This document shows, in pieces, positions 1 to 8,272 of a stretch of DNA of 41,937 bases (position 1 is the stretch's first letter; every line of letters begins with the position of its first letter). This DNA comes from a virus: UHGV virus genome UHGV-0025826, one strand, 5' to 3'. The translations under genes and the position numbers were made by a program. The notes beneath the pieces are model-generated. The model was not told where the DNA came from. It worked only from the letters and a program-made list of their open reading frames with translations, and searched no databases.

Positions 1-79
1 CTGGGCCGATGCTGACCCGTACGTAGCGGCAGGAGTCTATGAACACGTTTCAGTGAAACCATTTAAGAAAGTGTTCTAA
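1..79 (+). CDS. 3' end of a host ORF (partial); prophage integration target
   Basis: Open frame from position 2 ending ...YEHVSVKPFKKVF with stop at 77-79; the last six codons lie inside the 17-bp repeat also present at 41861-41877, where the stop is TGA instead of TAA. Confidence 0.4.
   Translation, partial: WADADPYVAAGVYEHVSVKPFKKVF
61..77. repeat. attL core: 17-bp direct repeat atttaagaaagtgttct
   Basis: Exact 17-bp match with 41861-41877; flanking bases differ on both sides. Confidence 0.6.
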
Positions 80-144
80 CTTATTAGAAATTTGCACTTA
101 AATCAAAAAGTTACGGACAATTCAACCACCAATCAATAAATTAA

Positions 145-192
145 AGGGCACATTAAAGTACACAATATTTGTGCCCTTCTCTGTTTCTTTCC
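145..192. terminator. Stem-loop (agggcaca...tgtgccct) with T-rich tract; likely terminator for the host ORF and/or the invertase gene
   Basis: 8-bp inverted repeat at 145-152 and 170-177 followed by tctctgtttcttt; A-rich on the other side. Confidence 0.4.
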
Positions 193-197
193 CGTTA

Positions 198-746
198 TCA
201 GCTAGCTGGAAACTTTTTATACAGAGTTGAGAGCCCTACTCCATACGTTTTTGATACGCTTTGTCGTGATTCACCGGTTGCCATCCGCTCCCCCATTTCC
301 CGCCATTGCTCATCCGTGAACTTAGGCCTGCGACCACCAACTCGCCCTTTTGCCCTGGCTACGGCCAGCCCTGCTAAGGTACGTTCGCTATTAAGATCAG
401 ATTCATATTGTGCTGCGGAAAGGATGTTACGAAAGTTATAGCGGCCGCTGGCTGTTTTGAGATCCACGCCATCGGTAATACTGCGGAAGTTGATACCCTT
501 TTCCTGTAACTGCTGGAACATCAACAGCGCATGCAGAACGTTGCGGCCTATCCTGTCCAGCTTCCAGACCACCAGTTCATCCCCCGGCTGCATAGTGGCG
601 ATCAGCCGTTTTAGAACCGGCCGATTCGATTTCCTCCCGCTGGCATGCTCTTCAAAAATTTTCTCACAACCCGCTGACTTGAGCGCCGTTAGTTGCAATT
701 CAGTGTCCTGGTGGTTTGTTGATACTCGGGCATAACCGTAAATCAT
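198..746 (-). CDS. Serine recombinase, DNA invertase (Hin/Gin/Cin/Pin family)
   Basis: 182 aa; MIYGYARVSTNHQD...GDELVVWKLDRIGR...GRRPK...LSTLYKK matches the invertase catalytic domain and C-terminal HTH; lies next to the invertible fibre segment. Confidence 0.9.
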   Translation of the reverse strand: MIYGYARVSTNHQDTELQLTALKSAGCEKIFEEHASGRKSNRPVLKRLIATMQPGDELVVWKLDRIGRNVLHALLMFQQLQEKGINFRSITDGVDLKTASGRYNFRNILSAAQYESDLNSERTLAGLAVARAKGRVGGRRPKFTDEQWREMGERMATGESRQSVSKTYGVGLSTLYKKFPAS

Positions 747-751
747 GAGTG

Positions 752-778
752 CTTCTCCTGTTGTAAAAACAGGAGAAG
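752..778 (-). promoter_or_regulatory. Perfect 9-bp inverted repeat covering the invertase Shine-Dalgarno
   Basis: cttctcctg (752-760) and caggagaag (770-778) with a 9-nt loop; on the minus strand AGGAG lies 8 nt upstream of the ATG at 746. Confidence 0.35.
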
Positions 779-805
779 AGGCGAAATATCACCTGATTCA
801 GAAAA

Positions 806-831
806 ATATTTGAAAGGTTGGTTTGGGAGAA
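806..831. other. hix/gix-like 26-bp crossover site, left boundary of invertible segment
   Basis: Reverse complement TTCTCCCAAACC-AA-CCTTTCAAATAT; shares a 21-bp identical arm plus the AA core with the site at 2261-2286; resembles remembered hixL TTCTTGAAAACC-AA-GGTTTTTGATAA. Confidence 0.6.
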
Positions 832-1512
832 GCCAGATTCTCTGGTCGTTTGTTAAACACGAATATTTTTAAAAGCTCTGGAAAATATATCCCAACACCA
901 GGGACAAAAAAGATAAGGGTCATTGCCTCTGGTGGCGGTGGCGGCGGCGGTGGGGTTCCTGAAACAACAGAAAATCAGCAGGCAACAGCCGGAGCTGGAT
1001 TGAGCGGCGCATTTATTGAAGCATTTTTCGAGGTTGATAATGATTTCGAAGTCAACGTTATTATCGGTGCTGCAGGTAAAGGTGGGGGAGCCGGAAGAAA
1101 TTCAGGTAGTGAAGGTGGCACAACTTATTTCGGTTCCATGATAACTGCACCTGGTGGTACAGGCGGTGGCGCGGGGGGAGCATCTGCAAACACATCATAT
1201 ATTCAGGGTATTTCATGGGGTGCCAGTCCGACATCGTCCGGTACTGTACTAAGAGCATTTCGCTGTAGTGCAAAAACACCAGGAGCAATGGTTATCTCTG
1301 TTAAAGCTGTAGCAGGTGGTACCGGGGGGGATACACCATTAGGTTCAGGCGGTATAGGTGGTGCAAGTTCTTCATCATTCAGCGGACGTGGTGGTGGTAA
1401 AGCTGAGGGCTTTGGTGCTGGCGGAGGCGGAGCCTGCGCACCTGCTGGAAGTGAGGCTCAATCGGGAGGTGACGGTGCCCCGGGAATAGTTATTGTTGAG
1501 GAGTATGCCTGA
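814..1512 (+). CDS. Alternative tail fibre C-terminal domain (Gly-rich), silent in this orientation
   Basis: Frame is open from a stop at 811-813 with no ATG or RBS; begins GLGEAR directly after the crossover core, the same six residues that follow the core in the minus-strand fibre gene. Confidence 0.55.
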   Translation, partial: KVGLGEARFSGRLLNTNIFKSSGKYIPTPGTKKIRVIASGGGGGGGGVPETTENQQATAGAGLSGAFIEAFFEVDNDFEVNVIIGAAGKGGGAGRNSGSEGGTTYFGSMITAPGGTGGGAGGASANTSYIQGISWGASPTSSGTVLRAFRCSAKTPGAMVISVKAVAGGTGGDTPLGSGGIGGASSSSFSGRGGGKAEGFGAGGGGACAPAGSEAQSGGDGAPGIVIVEEYA

Positions 1513-1778
1513 TGAGTAATTTTGCTCTGATTGAACATGGCGTGGTGAAAAATATTATTATCTGGGATGGAGAGGGTGATTTATTCTCTAATTGCGAAAT
1601 TATAAATATTGATCATATAGATGCAGGCGTCGGTTGGTTCTATTCTGACGGAGAGTTTATAGCACCACCGGAACCGGAAATGACTGAATATGATGTTGGT
1701 AATATCGACGCGGTGATGGAAGCAGATACCAGCACCGCGCCGGGGGTTATCTGGCCAGTTCCACCTGAGATGGTTTAA
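1512..1778 (+). CDS. Putative tail fibre assembly/chaperone protein of the silent orientation
   Basis: 88 aa; start overlaps the upstream stop (TGATG); 3' end overlaps the minus-strand partner convergently; call is by position. Confidence 0.35.
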   Translation: MSNFALIEHGVVKNIIIWDGEGDLFSNCEIINIDHIDAGVGWFYSDGEFIAPPEPEMTEYDVGNIDAVMEADTSTAPGVIWPVPPEMV

Positions 1779-1944
1779 TCTCAATCAGAATGGGTTCGCC
1801 CTTCTTGTTAACAGATATTTCCATTCCTTCAGGGATTTCAGATGCAGTAAAAAACCAGTTATCTTCTGGTAATTCCACAGCCCCGGTCACGTCATGAAGA
1901 CCGGGGATTACTTCAGTCAAAGTAACAGGATTAAACAGGCGCAC
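1747..1944 (-). CDS. Putative tail fibre assembly/chaperone protein of the expressed orientation
   Basis: Frame open to 2034; GTG at 1944-1942 with GGAGAG 6 nt upstream lies just after the fibre stop; an alternative ATG is at 2007. Confidence 0.3.
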   Translation of the reverse strand: MRLFNPVTLTEVIPGLHDVTGAVELPEDNWFFTASEIPEGMEISVNKKGEPILIEIKPSQVELAR

Positions 1945-2668
1945 AATAAACTCTCCAGGAAAAAGCACTTGTTGATGGTCTTCCGTCGTACATCTGGCAG
2001 CGGACATAAAAACCTGTATTACTGACCTGGTCATCCACGATCATTGAAACGTGAACGTTATTAGGTGTGGCTTCGTAATCTGTTCTTATTCTTTCCGCTA
2101 TGCTGATAAAACGTGAAAGTTTAGGTAGTGCAATTGGATAAACGACTTTAGCCAGCCCATTATCATTGGAACCACCAGTTCCAAATACTTCTATTGCACC
2201 ATCTGACCAGCGTATCCATGCACCATTGACATTAGCTCCTCGCTGAATGACATATCTGGCTTCTCCCAAACCAAGGTTTGCGAGACCGTTTTTTGACGTT
2301 AATACAGGAGTCCATTTTGCTGATGGCGGCTGGCTACCAATATTTGCATTTTGTAAGGACTGATAAGATTCACCGTTATGTGTGCAGATCGAACCGATAT
2401 GATATTCCTGTTCTGCATGCCACTCTGGAACCCCCATTTGGTGCTGATACGCAATGAACTGACTCATTGCATACATTGCCGCATTGAAGTCCTCAAGCGA
2501 GGGGTGTTCGGAAGCGCCAACAATGCCCCATCCGCGAAGGAAAGATGCCGTAATTTGCGAGGTCAGGTCATCCGCCTGATTTGTTCCACCAAACACGGTT
2601 CTTTCCATTCCCTGTGCATCAGAGGCAAAAGCCCGAACATCTCCCTGATATCGTACAATCTTAGACAT
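1931..2668 (-). CDS. Tail fibre protein (constant N-terminal part plus currently expressed variable C-terminus)
   Basis: 245 aa; the crossover site lies in-frame inside the gene (..KNGLANL|GLGEARYVIQRG..); follows the baseplate genes. Confidence 0.6.
   Translation of the reverse strand: MSKIVRYQGDVRAFASDAQGMERTVFGGTNQADDLTSQITASFLRGWGIVGASEHPSLEDFNAAMYAMSQFIAYQHQMGVPEWHAEQEYHIGSICTHNGESYQSLQNANIGSQPPSAKWTPVLTSKNGLANLGLGEARYVIQRGANVNGAWIRWSDGAIEVFGTGGSNDNGLAKVVYPIALPKLSRFISIAERIRTDYEATPNNVHVSMIVDDQVSNTGFYVRCQMYDGRPSTSAFSWRVYCAPV
2261..2286. other. hix/gix-like 26-bp crossover site, right boundary, inside the tail fibre gene
   Basis: ttctcccaaacc-aa-ggtttgcgagac; inverted copy of the site at 806-831. 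Confidence 0.6.
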
Positions 2669-3383
2669 GGATTTTCCTCGAAAAAAAACCGCCCTGGTAG
2701 GCGGTATTAAACTTGCTGGCGAATCCTCTGGCCGAAGGGTTTCGCGAGAAACCGAATGTCAGACCAGGAGTCACCTGATAAAAATAATCGTATCGAACGC
2801 CCGCAGGTTTCGGCAGCAGGCCAAGCTTCACAATCAGGCGTAACTCTTCAACTGATACCCGCGGCGAAACGTTCAAAGCAAGCGTCATGTCTTTTCTGTC
2901 GGTCACGTAAGCTTCGCCGTTGAAAGCCGTCTGTATAACATCCTGCAGGCTGACCCGATCGTCTGACGCTATCGTTGCACCTGCGGCGTTTCGCGCAATT
3001 TTGACCCGAAGGAACCTGCGATACTCATTGTCAGCCAGTTGATAGTCACCATATGCCGGCGAAAACTTGCTGTAGAAAGGTGCGCCGACATACGCCGCAT
3101 TAGATTTACTGTCGAAGCCTGCGGTATTCAGATGTCCGTCAAACCCGAAAAATACACGGGCAATAACAGCAGGCACACTACGGTGAAGGCCGACTATCCG
3201 GCCAATGACATCAAGCCGGTATCCGGTAACCCGGTCGAGATCAAAGTTATCTGGGTTACGAATAAAATCGGCGATGATTTGCCAGTGCCTGAGCATGGCT
3301 TGTATCTCTGATCTTGCTTTTTTCTTTTCCCAATATTGTTTGATGAGCATTAGCGTGTAGCGGTTAATGATGTCGTCATTCAC
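2661..3383 (-). CDS. Baseplate protein (P2 gpI / Mu gp48-like)
   Basis: 240 aa; sits between the baseplate J-like gene and the tail fibre; overlapping stop/start with neighbours. Confidence 0.5.
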   Translation of the reverse strand: MNDDIINRYTLMLIKQYWEKKKARSEIQAMLRHWQIIADFIRNPDNFDLDRVTGYRLDVIGRIVGLHRSVPAVIARVFFGFDGHLNTAGFDSKSNAAYVGAPFYSKFSPAYGDYQLADNEYRRFLRVKIARNAAGATIASDDRVSLQDVIQTAFNGEAYVTDRKDMTLALNVSPRVSVEELRLIVKLGLLPKPAGVRYDYFYQVTPGLTFGFSRNPSARGFASKFNTAYQGGFFSRKIHV

Positions 3384-4561
3384 TGGACCACCTCGTTAAC
3401 GTCTATATTTTCCACACTCAACGTGAACTTTCCCTGAAAGCCTGGCGATAACTCAGCATCGGTGTAATCTGCCCCATTACTGCTAATTTGCAGATTGGTC
3501 AGCACAAAATTTACCCGTCCTACCCCATACCCATTCTCATAAAATTCATTGGCATCCACAGACTCACCAATATGCATGGTGCGTGATGCAAGAGATTTTT
3601 TGAGAGTATCGATATCTATCGGTTCGCTTTGAATCTTCCGGCGGGCATTAAGCCTGATATGAAGCGGCTTATAGATGGGCCGATCAAACTGAAGTTCATG
3701 GGCTATCAGAAATGAAGTGCCGTCAGGCCGAATCAGGGTCTCGGTAAAACGTCCGGTTATGCTGCCTTTCGTTCCCGTTCCACCGCCTTTCTGTTTAACC
3801 ATCACCTCCACAATTTCTGAAATCGCTCCCCCCTCAACGACCAGCCATATTGAATTGGCCGGGATACCCGTCGTCGGATTATCAATTTTTGTGTCGTTCT
3901 CTCCGATATTCAGATCAATTACACCTGTCAGTTGAGCAACTTTAGCGAAAACCGCCCCAGTGCTACCTGTTGCCGGGTTCTCAAGCGACCGGTTCCGGCG
4001 TTGCCTGAATTCTTCAGGCGTTTCCTCATCCCGACCGACCACAACCGCGGAATCAGAGATAATGCTCACAATCCCTGGTTCTGGTGTGAGTTGAGTGAAG
4101 GTGTCGTTCACAAGCCCAGTAACTTTCCCAAAGTTTTGAGCAAAAAAGGTGGCTGTTGTGACGCCCGCCGGAACGGTCACGTCCTGTCGGATAGCCCAGA
4201 CCTGATTTGCCTGGTCCCGTATCTTATACCCGCTATAGAGAAGCACCGGCCTGTCTGTTGTGACTTTAAGGTCACGCTGAGACCGGGAGCCGGGGCGAAG
4301 GAAAAGCCCGTGAAGTTTGGCGATAATCTGCTGCATATCACCTGTATTAAAATCGGGGTCCATTTGGGAATAAAGCCATTGCAGCGCGGCTTCAATATCT
4401 GCCCGAGCCTGAGCTTCGATTGCCACGCGTTGACCGTCGGGAGATTCCTGGTCTAAATCGATATCCTGACCATAAATTCCCTTATATCCGTCGCTCAGTT
4501 CCTGAAATAACTCCCGGAGAGTGCTTGTCTCAAGGCCGTTGTCGCTAAACTGTAGTGCCAT
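3380..4561 (-). CDS. Baseplate J-like protein (P2 gpJ / Mu gp47-like)
   Basis: 393 aa; size and position typical of baseplate J in Mu/P2-type tail modules. Confidence 0.7.
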   Translation of the reverse strand: MALQFSDNGLETSTLRELFQELSDGYKGIYGQDIDLDQESPDGQRVAIEAQARADIEAALQWLYSQMDPDFNTGDMQQIIAKLHGLFLRPGSRSQRDLKVTTDRPVLLYSGYKIRDQANQVWAIRQDVTVPAGVTTATFFAQNFGKVTGLVNDTFTQLTPEPGIVSIISDSAVVVGRDEETPEEFRQRRNRSLENPATGSTGAVFAKVAQLTGVIDLNIGENDTKIDNPTTGIPANSIWLVVEGGAISEIVEVMVKQKGGGTGTKGSITGRFTETLIRPDGTSFLIAHELQFDRPIYKPLHIRLNARRKIQSEPIDIDTLKKSLASRTMHIGESVDANEFYENGYGVGRVNFVLTNLQISSNGADYTDAELSPGFQGKFTLSVENIDVNEVVQ

Positions 4562-4925
4562 TCTTCAACGCTCCGTTGACCGGGAAGGTGATCGTCTGCT
4601 GGTCATAGACGGTCTCAATGCTGAGTTCGATTTTTTGTGACCGGGTGGCCTTATTGACCTCCATCGCCAGAGCGGTAATGCGCATAACCCCATCCGTCGC
4701 CAGCGTCACGCGCTCTATCTCCCGCAGAATCTCCTGCTCGGTGTTTTTCTCTGATAACAGGTAAAGCCAGTCGATGTTGTCATCCATGTTGAGAGGATTA
4801 TCGTTTTTGAACGAGCGGATCCGGCATTTGGCTTTCTGCGCGATAGCAGCACCGCCAGTTATATAGTTTGCCTTCCCGCGCCCAAATCCCCAGTCGTCAT
4901 TTTTATCAAGTGCTGAAACAATCAT
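4545..4925 (-). CDS. Baseplate wedge protein (GPW/gp25-like)
   Basis: 126 aa; upstream of and overlapping the J-like gene. Confidence 0.5.
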   Translation of the reverse strand: MIVSALDKNDDWGFGRGKANYITGGAAIAQKAKCRIRSFKNDNPLNMDDNIDWLYLLSEKNTEQEILREIERVTLATDGVMRITALAMEVNKATRSQKIELSIETVYDQQTITFPVNGALKNGTTV

Positions 4926-5539
4926 GAGATCTCCGTGACAATACCGTTGGTAACTGTGATTGTTTTCCCGTCATCGCTTCGAAATGAACCAGACACCCCA
5001 GACTTACCGCCTGTCTTTACCTGGGAATATTGAAGTACATTCAGAACATCGCATTCTTCCAGAGTCGTCTTACCATCTTTCTGGGTAATATTTCCTGTGA
5101 GGTTTAAATCACCCTCGTGGTCAGAATCCCCCTTCATCATCCTGTTCTTCTTAGGGATATTGATCGCGGTAGCCTGTGGGTTAACCCCACACAGAGCGAA
5201 GCCATCTGAATAATCGTGCATACGCATTTCAAGTGGTGAAACAAAGTCGCTACCCGCATACCAAGCGTCATAACAACGCTCAGAGATAAGGACGAGGCAA
5301 TAGTCACCAGCCGCAATTGGTTCGGCGATATAACTATCACCGCCTTGCAAAATTACCGGGGGGACTTCAATGAACTCTGGGAGTTGCTTGCTGCTCCCTT
5401 TCACAACCCGATTGATAACGGGGACGCAACTGATTGTTTTGTCATTTACAGACGTTATTTTTGCGACAACAATGGTGTGAACATCGGCCAGAGCAAATTC
5501 AACACCCAGGCCGATAGTGTCGTGAAGTTCTTCGATCAT
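4922..5539 (-). CDS. Baseplate assembly/spike protein (P2 gpV / Mu gp45-like)
   Basis: 205 aa; position upstream of the gp25-like gene. Confidence 0.5.
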   Translation of the reverse strand: MIEELHDTIGLGVEFALADVHTIVVAKITSVNDKTISCVPVINRVVKGSSKQLPEFIEVPPVILQGGDSYIAEPIAAGDYCLVLISERCYDAWYAGSDFVSPLEMRMHDYSDGFALCGVNPQATAINIPKKNRMMKGDSDHEGDLNLTGNITQKDGKTTLEECDVLNVLQYSQVKTGGKSGVSGSFRSDDGKTITVTNGIVTEIS

Positions 5540-5654
5540 AAATTAAGCCCATAAAAAACCGCCAGAGTGGGTTCAATGGATGGCTAGATAAATACTCATA
5601 CTAATCGCCGTAGAGCGAACCTGCGCCAGCGTTTAATACTAAGGAGAGTCACTC

Positions 5655-6188
5655 ATGGGATTCAAATTCAGACAGCGCATCAAAATTGCACCAGGCATTC
5701 ATATAAACATAGGTAAAACAGGCATTACTAGCGCATCAATTGGTAAGGCTGGTGCTACCCTGAACGTTGGTAAAAAAGGGGTAAAGGCAACCGCAGGCAT
5801 TCCCGGTACCGGTTTGTCTTACACGAGTGGAAACTTGCTCGCGGGTCAAAAGAACTCCACCGGTAAACACGCTGAGAACGTAGAGGAACAAGCACCTGAG
5901 CGGCTTGGTTTCTTTTCGGACTCAACGTTGTTAGAGGATGGTCAGGAAGATATTCAACCACCTCGCCCATTGGTCATGGTATTAACCCATAAGCAATTTA
6001 GAAAACTATCAACCGAGGAGAAAACGGCATTTAAAAATGCAGGTGGTAAGGTGAAGTTTTCAATAGGCGAGAAAATTTTTATTCTCACAGTCATTATTTT
6101 TGCTCTTGGCTGGCTTTCAGATCGTCACCCACCAGAAAAAACCAATTCCAGCGTAACGCAAGAAGTAAAATCTTCAGTTAACAACTGA
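5655..6188 (+). CDS. DUF4236-like protein with a C-terminal transmembrane segment; opposite-strand moron in the baseplate operon
   Basis: 177 aa; N-terminus MGFKFRQRIKIAPGIHINIGKTGITSASIGKAGATLNVGKKGVKATAGIPGTGLSYT matches the remembered DUF4236 signature; hydrophobic IFILTVIIFALGWL near the C-terminus; AAGGAGAG RBS; looks AT-richer than its neighbours by eye. Confidence 0.6.
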   Translation: MGFKFRQRIKIAPGIHINIGKTGITSASIGKAGATLNVGKKGVKATAGIPGTGLSYTSGNLLAGQKNSTGKHAENVEEQAPERLGFFSDSTLLEDGQEDIQPPRPLVMVLTHKQFRKLSTEEKTAFKNAGGKVKFSIGEKIFILTVIIFALGWLSDRHPPEKTNSSVTQEVKSSVNN

Positions 6189-7121
6189 GTAATTTCCGGC
6201 AGGCTGGCATACCACCTTCTGATACCAGGCTGCCCCGTTGTTCTGCCCGCTGGTTTCAATCTGGTATATCTTATAAACCCCGTTTAACGCGGGGTTCGTC
6301 ACGCTTTCAACAGCGCAAAGCCCACCGATCACCAGCATAGGATTCAGTTTCGTATCGAATACGATCTGCCCTTTCGAGGATTTGGCTAAGGTACTCGAGT
6401 CAGTATCTTTTTTGCCTGCCGGATCCGTATCAGGCTCATTGGTTGGCATCTTGGCTTTCTTCCCCCCGTCATCCTGTGCGCTAATCTTCGTTGCCTGAGG
6501 CGTATTTAGCAGACCGCTACGCGCATTCACGACTGGAATGTTACCCGATGTAACCTCATTAGCCTTGAGGATGTGGACGCGCTCATCTTTGATGAAAAAT
6601 GACTCGTCGGACGCAAGGGTATCGGTAAGAATTTTACTGGAGCTACCTACCAGAACCTTCGGCCTGATGAGTGCTTGTTGCTTCGTCACAGAGCCTTTTT
6701 TCGTGTTTGGCATATCCTGCAAGACAGAATCGACGACCTGATCTTTCCCGCGTACCGTGCGCGATGTGAAAGCGTTGATATAGTCGTGGCCACCGTCTTC
6801 ACATTCCAGGCTGACGATGTGGATCGCCCCCTCACGCTTTACTGCTCCGCTTTTAACCGAACCCTGAAATACCTGGCGCAGCTTGCCGTCGTAACCAACC
6901 TCGAGTCGAACGGGGATATACTTCTCTTCATCTTCGGACTTGAGCAATTGCAGACGCGTGGAAGGCTTTAGCCCGTTGATGGACACACTCAGCTTGCCGA
7001 GTGACTTCTTGTCCACAGTTTCCAGCGCCTTGAATGACACGGTGATCGGTGGCTCGATAATCACTGCTTGATTGCCGATCCCCACCGTCAGCCGATAATC
7101 ACGGTAAAAAGTATCCATCAC
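6174..7121 (-). CDS. Baseplate hub protein (Mu P / P2 gpD-like)
   Basis: 315 aa; position between TMP-proximal tail genes and the spike gene. Confidence 0.45.
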   Translation of the reverse strand: MMDTFYRDYRLTVGIGNQAVIIEPPITVSFKALETVDKKSLGKLSVSINGLKPSTRLQLLKSEDEEKYIPVRLEVGYDGKLRQVFQGSVKSGAVKREGAIHIVSLECEDGGHDYINAFTSRTVRGKDQVVDSVLQDMPNTKKGSVTKQQALIRPKVLVGSSSKILTDTLASDESFFIKDERVHILKANEVTSGNIPVVNARSGLLNTPQATKISAQDDGGKKAKMPTNEPDTDPAGKKDTDSSTLAKSSKGQIVFDTKLNPMLVIGGLCAVESVTNPALNGVYKIYQIETSGQNNGAAWYQKVVCQPAGNYSVVN

Positions 7122-7453
7122 GGCACGTCTCCCCCGCGAATATCAATCATCTCTTCCGGCGTGACCAGATACATTTCGATGCGACCACTGGCGAAGTCGT
7201 CAGCCCGATATGGGTCAATGCCGGAATTGTCAGCGCAAAGTAACACAACGTCGAAAGGCCAGTTCTTGTGCCGAAAATGTAGCGTCCCGAGGGACAGCTT
7301 CACGCCGTCGATGTAATCACCGTTGTACTCCACGCGCATTTTCCACATTTCAACCGTAGGCAGATAACGAATAGTGACCACAGCCTCACCACGGTCAAAA
7401 ATCAGAACATGCCGCTGGATAGGTTCGTCAGTGATGTTGGTTATCGGATCCAT
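7118..7453 (-). CDS. Phage tail protein, unknown function
   Basis: 111 aa; translationally coupled inside the tail operon. Confidence 0.4.
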   Translation of the reverse strand: MDPITNITDEPIQRHVLIFDRGEAVVTIRYLPTVEMWKMRVEYNGDYIDGVKLSLGTLHFRHKNWPFDVVLLCADNSGIDPYRADDFASGRIEMYLVTPEEMIDIRGGDVP

Positions 7454-7465
7454 ACGTTGCTCTCA

Positions 7466-8272
7466 TTAGAATAAAGATTTCGCCGCCCCTTTTAACGAGG
7501 TCATGACTGATTTTGACTGGCTGGTCCCGTTACTTTTTTTAGAATTATCAGCGGGCGTCTGCGCCCCCTTATTAGCAACGCCCGCCGTTTTTGATTTAGC
7601 AGCTGCCGAGGGGGATTTGAAGTGCTGCTCAATCGGTGCGGTAGTCAGTTGCGTGAAGGTGATTTTTGTAAAACTGGCTTCAAACTTAGTTTCCATCGTT
7701 TGATTGTCGGTACTGATGGTCAGGCCGCTTAACGCCATATTTTCATGGGTGCGATAATCCACCTCCACGGAAATAAGCTGCTTGCCGTAGTACACCCCCT
7801 CAATGAAGTCGAGAAATTGCTCGCGTATACCTTTAGCGCCACCAGTAGACGGGTTGCCCACCAGCCCAAACAGGTCGGCTCCTTTATCAGCCAGGCGTTT
7901 TGCCTTTAAGATGGCCTGCTCTGCGCGGTCGGCAATCTCATTCATTTTTTGCAACTGCTGCTGCGTCTTTGCGGGGATGTACTCCAGCACCTCACCATAC
8001 TTCGAATAATCTGGCATCAGGCTAAAAGAAGAGTTTGGTTTCGCATCGACAAAAATATCGGCAACAACACCGCTGATTTTTATCGTCAGCGGGCCATTGA
8101 TAATGTCGTCTGACGCGTTACTGCCATCCTCCAGCACGTCTACAGGAACCTGAGACGGGTATTCAGTAGCATCGCTCACTCGGGCAAACATTGAGAACCC
8201 GCCGATCCCTACCTTTTTAACAGTATCTTTGCCAGAAGATTGCGCCTGCATGAGGCCGTCTAGAATCCCCAT
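7466..8272 (-). CDS. Phage tail protein (possibly DNA-circulation N-like)
   Basis: 268 aa; immediately downstream of the tape measure gene, the position Mu gpN occupies. Confidence 0.4.
   Translation of the reverse strand: MGILDGLMQAQSSGKDTVKKVGIGGFSMFARVSDATEYPSQVPVDVLEDGSNASDDIINGPLTIKISGVVADIFVDAKPNSSFSLMPDYSKYGEVLEYIPAKTQQQLQKMNEIADRAEQAILKAKRLADKGADLFGLVGNPSTGGAKGIREQFLDFIEGVYYGKQLISVEVDYRTHENMALSGLTISTDNQTMETKFEASFTKITFTQLTTAPIEQHFKSPSAAAKSKTAGVANKGAQTPADNSKKSNGTSQSKSVMTSLKGAAKSLF

Larger units (their letters stand above)
818..2274. mobile_element. Invertible tail-fibre (G/C-segment-like) DNA segment, about 1.46 kb
   Basis: Bounded by inverted crossover sites with identical cores; holds two alternative fibre C-termini and assembly genes on opposite strands; invertase gene adjacent. 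Confidence 0.6.

Noticed and set aside
169-441. Plus-strand 90-aa ORF
   Set aside because: Lies entirely antisense inside the well-supported invertase gene; no RBS; likely spurious.
823-1512. Gly-rich 229-aa ORF as an independent collagen-like gene
   Set aside because: No ATG or RBS; frame opens right at the crossover site and shares GLGEAR with the fibre gene, so it is the silent alternative fibre C-terminus.
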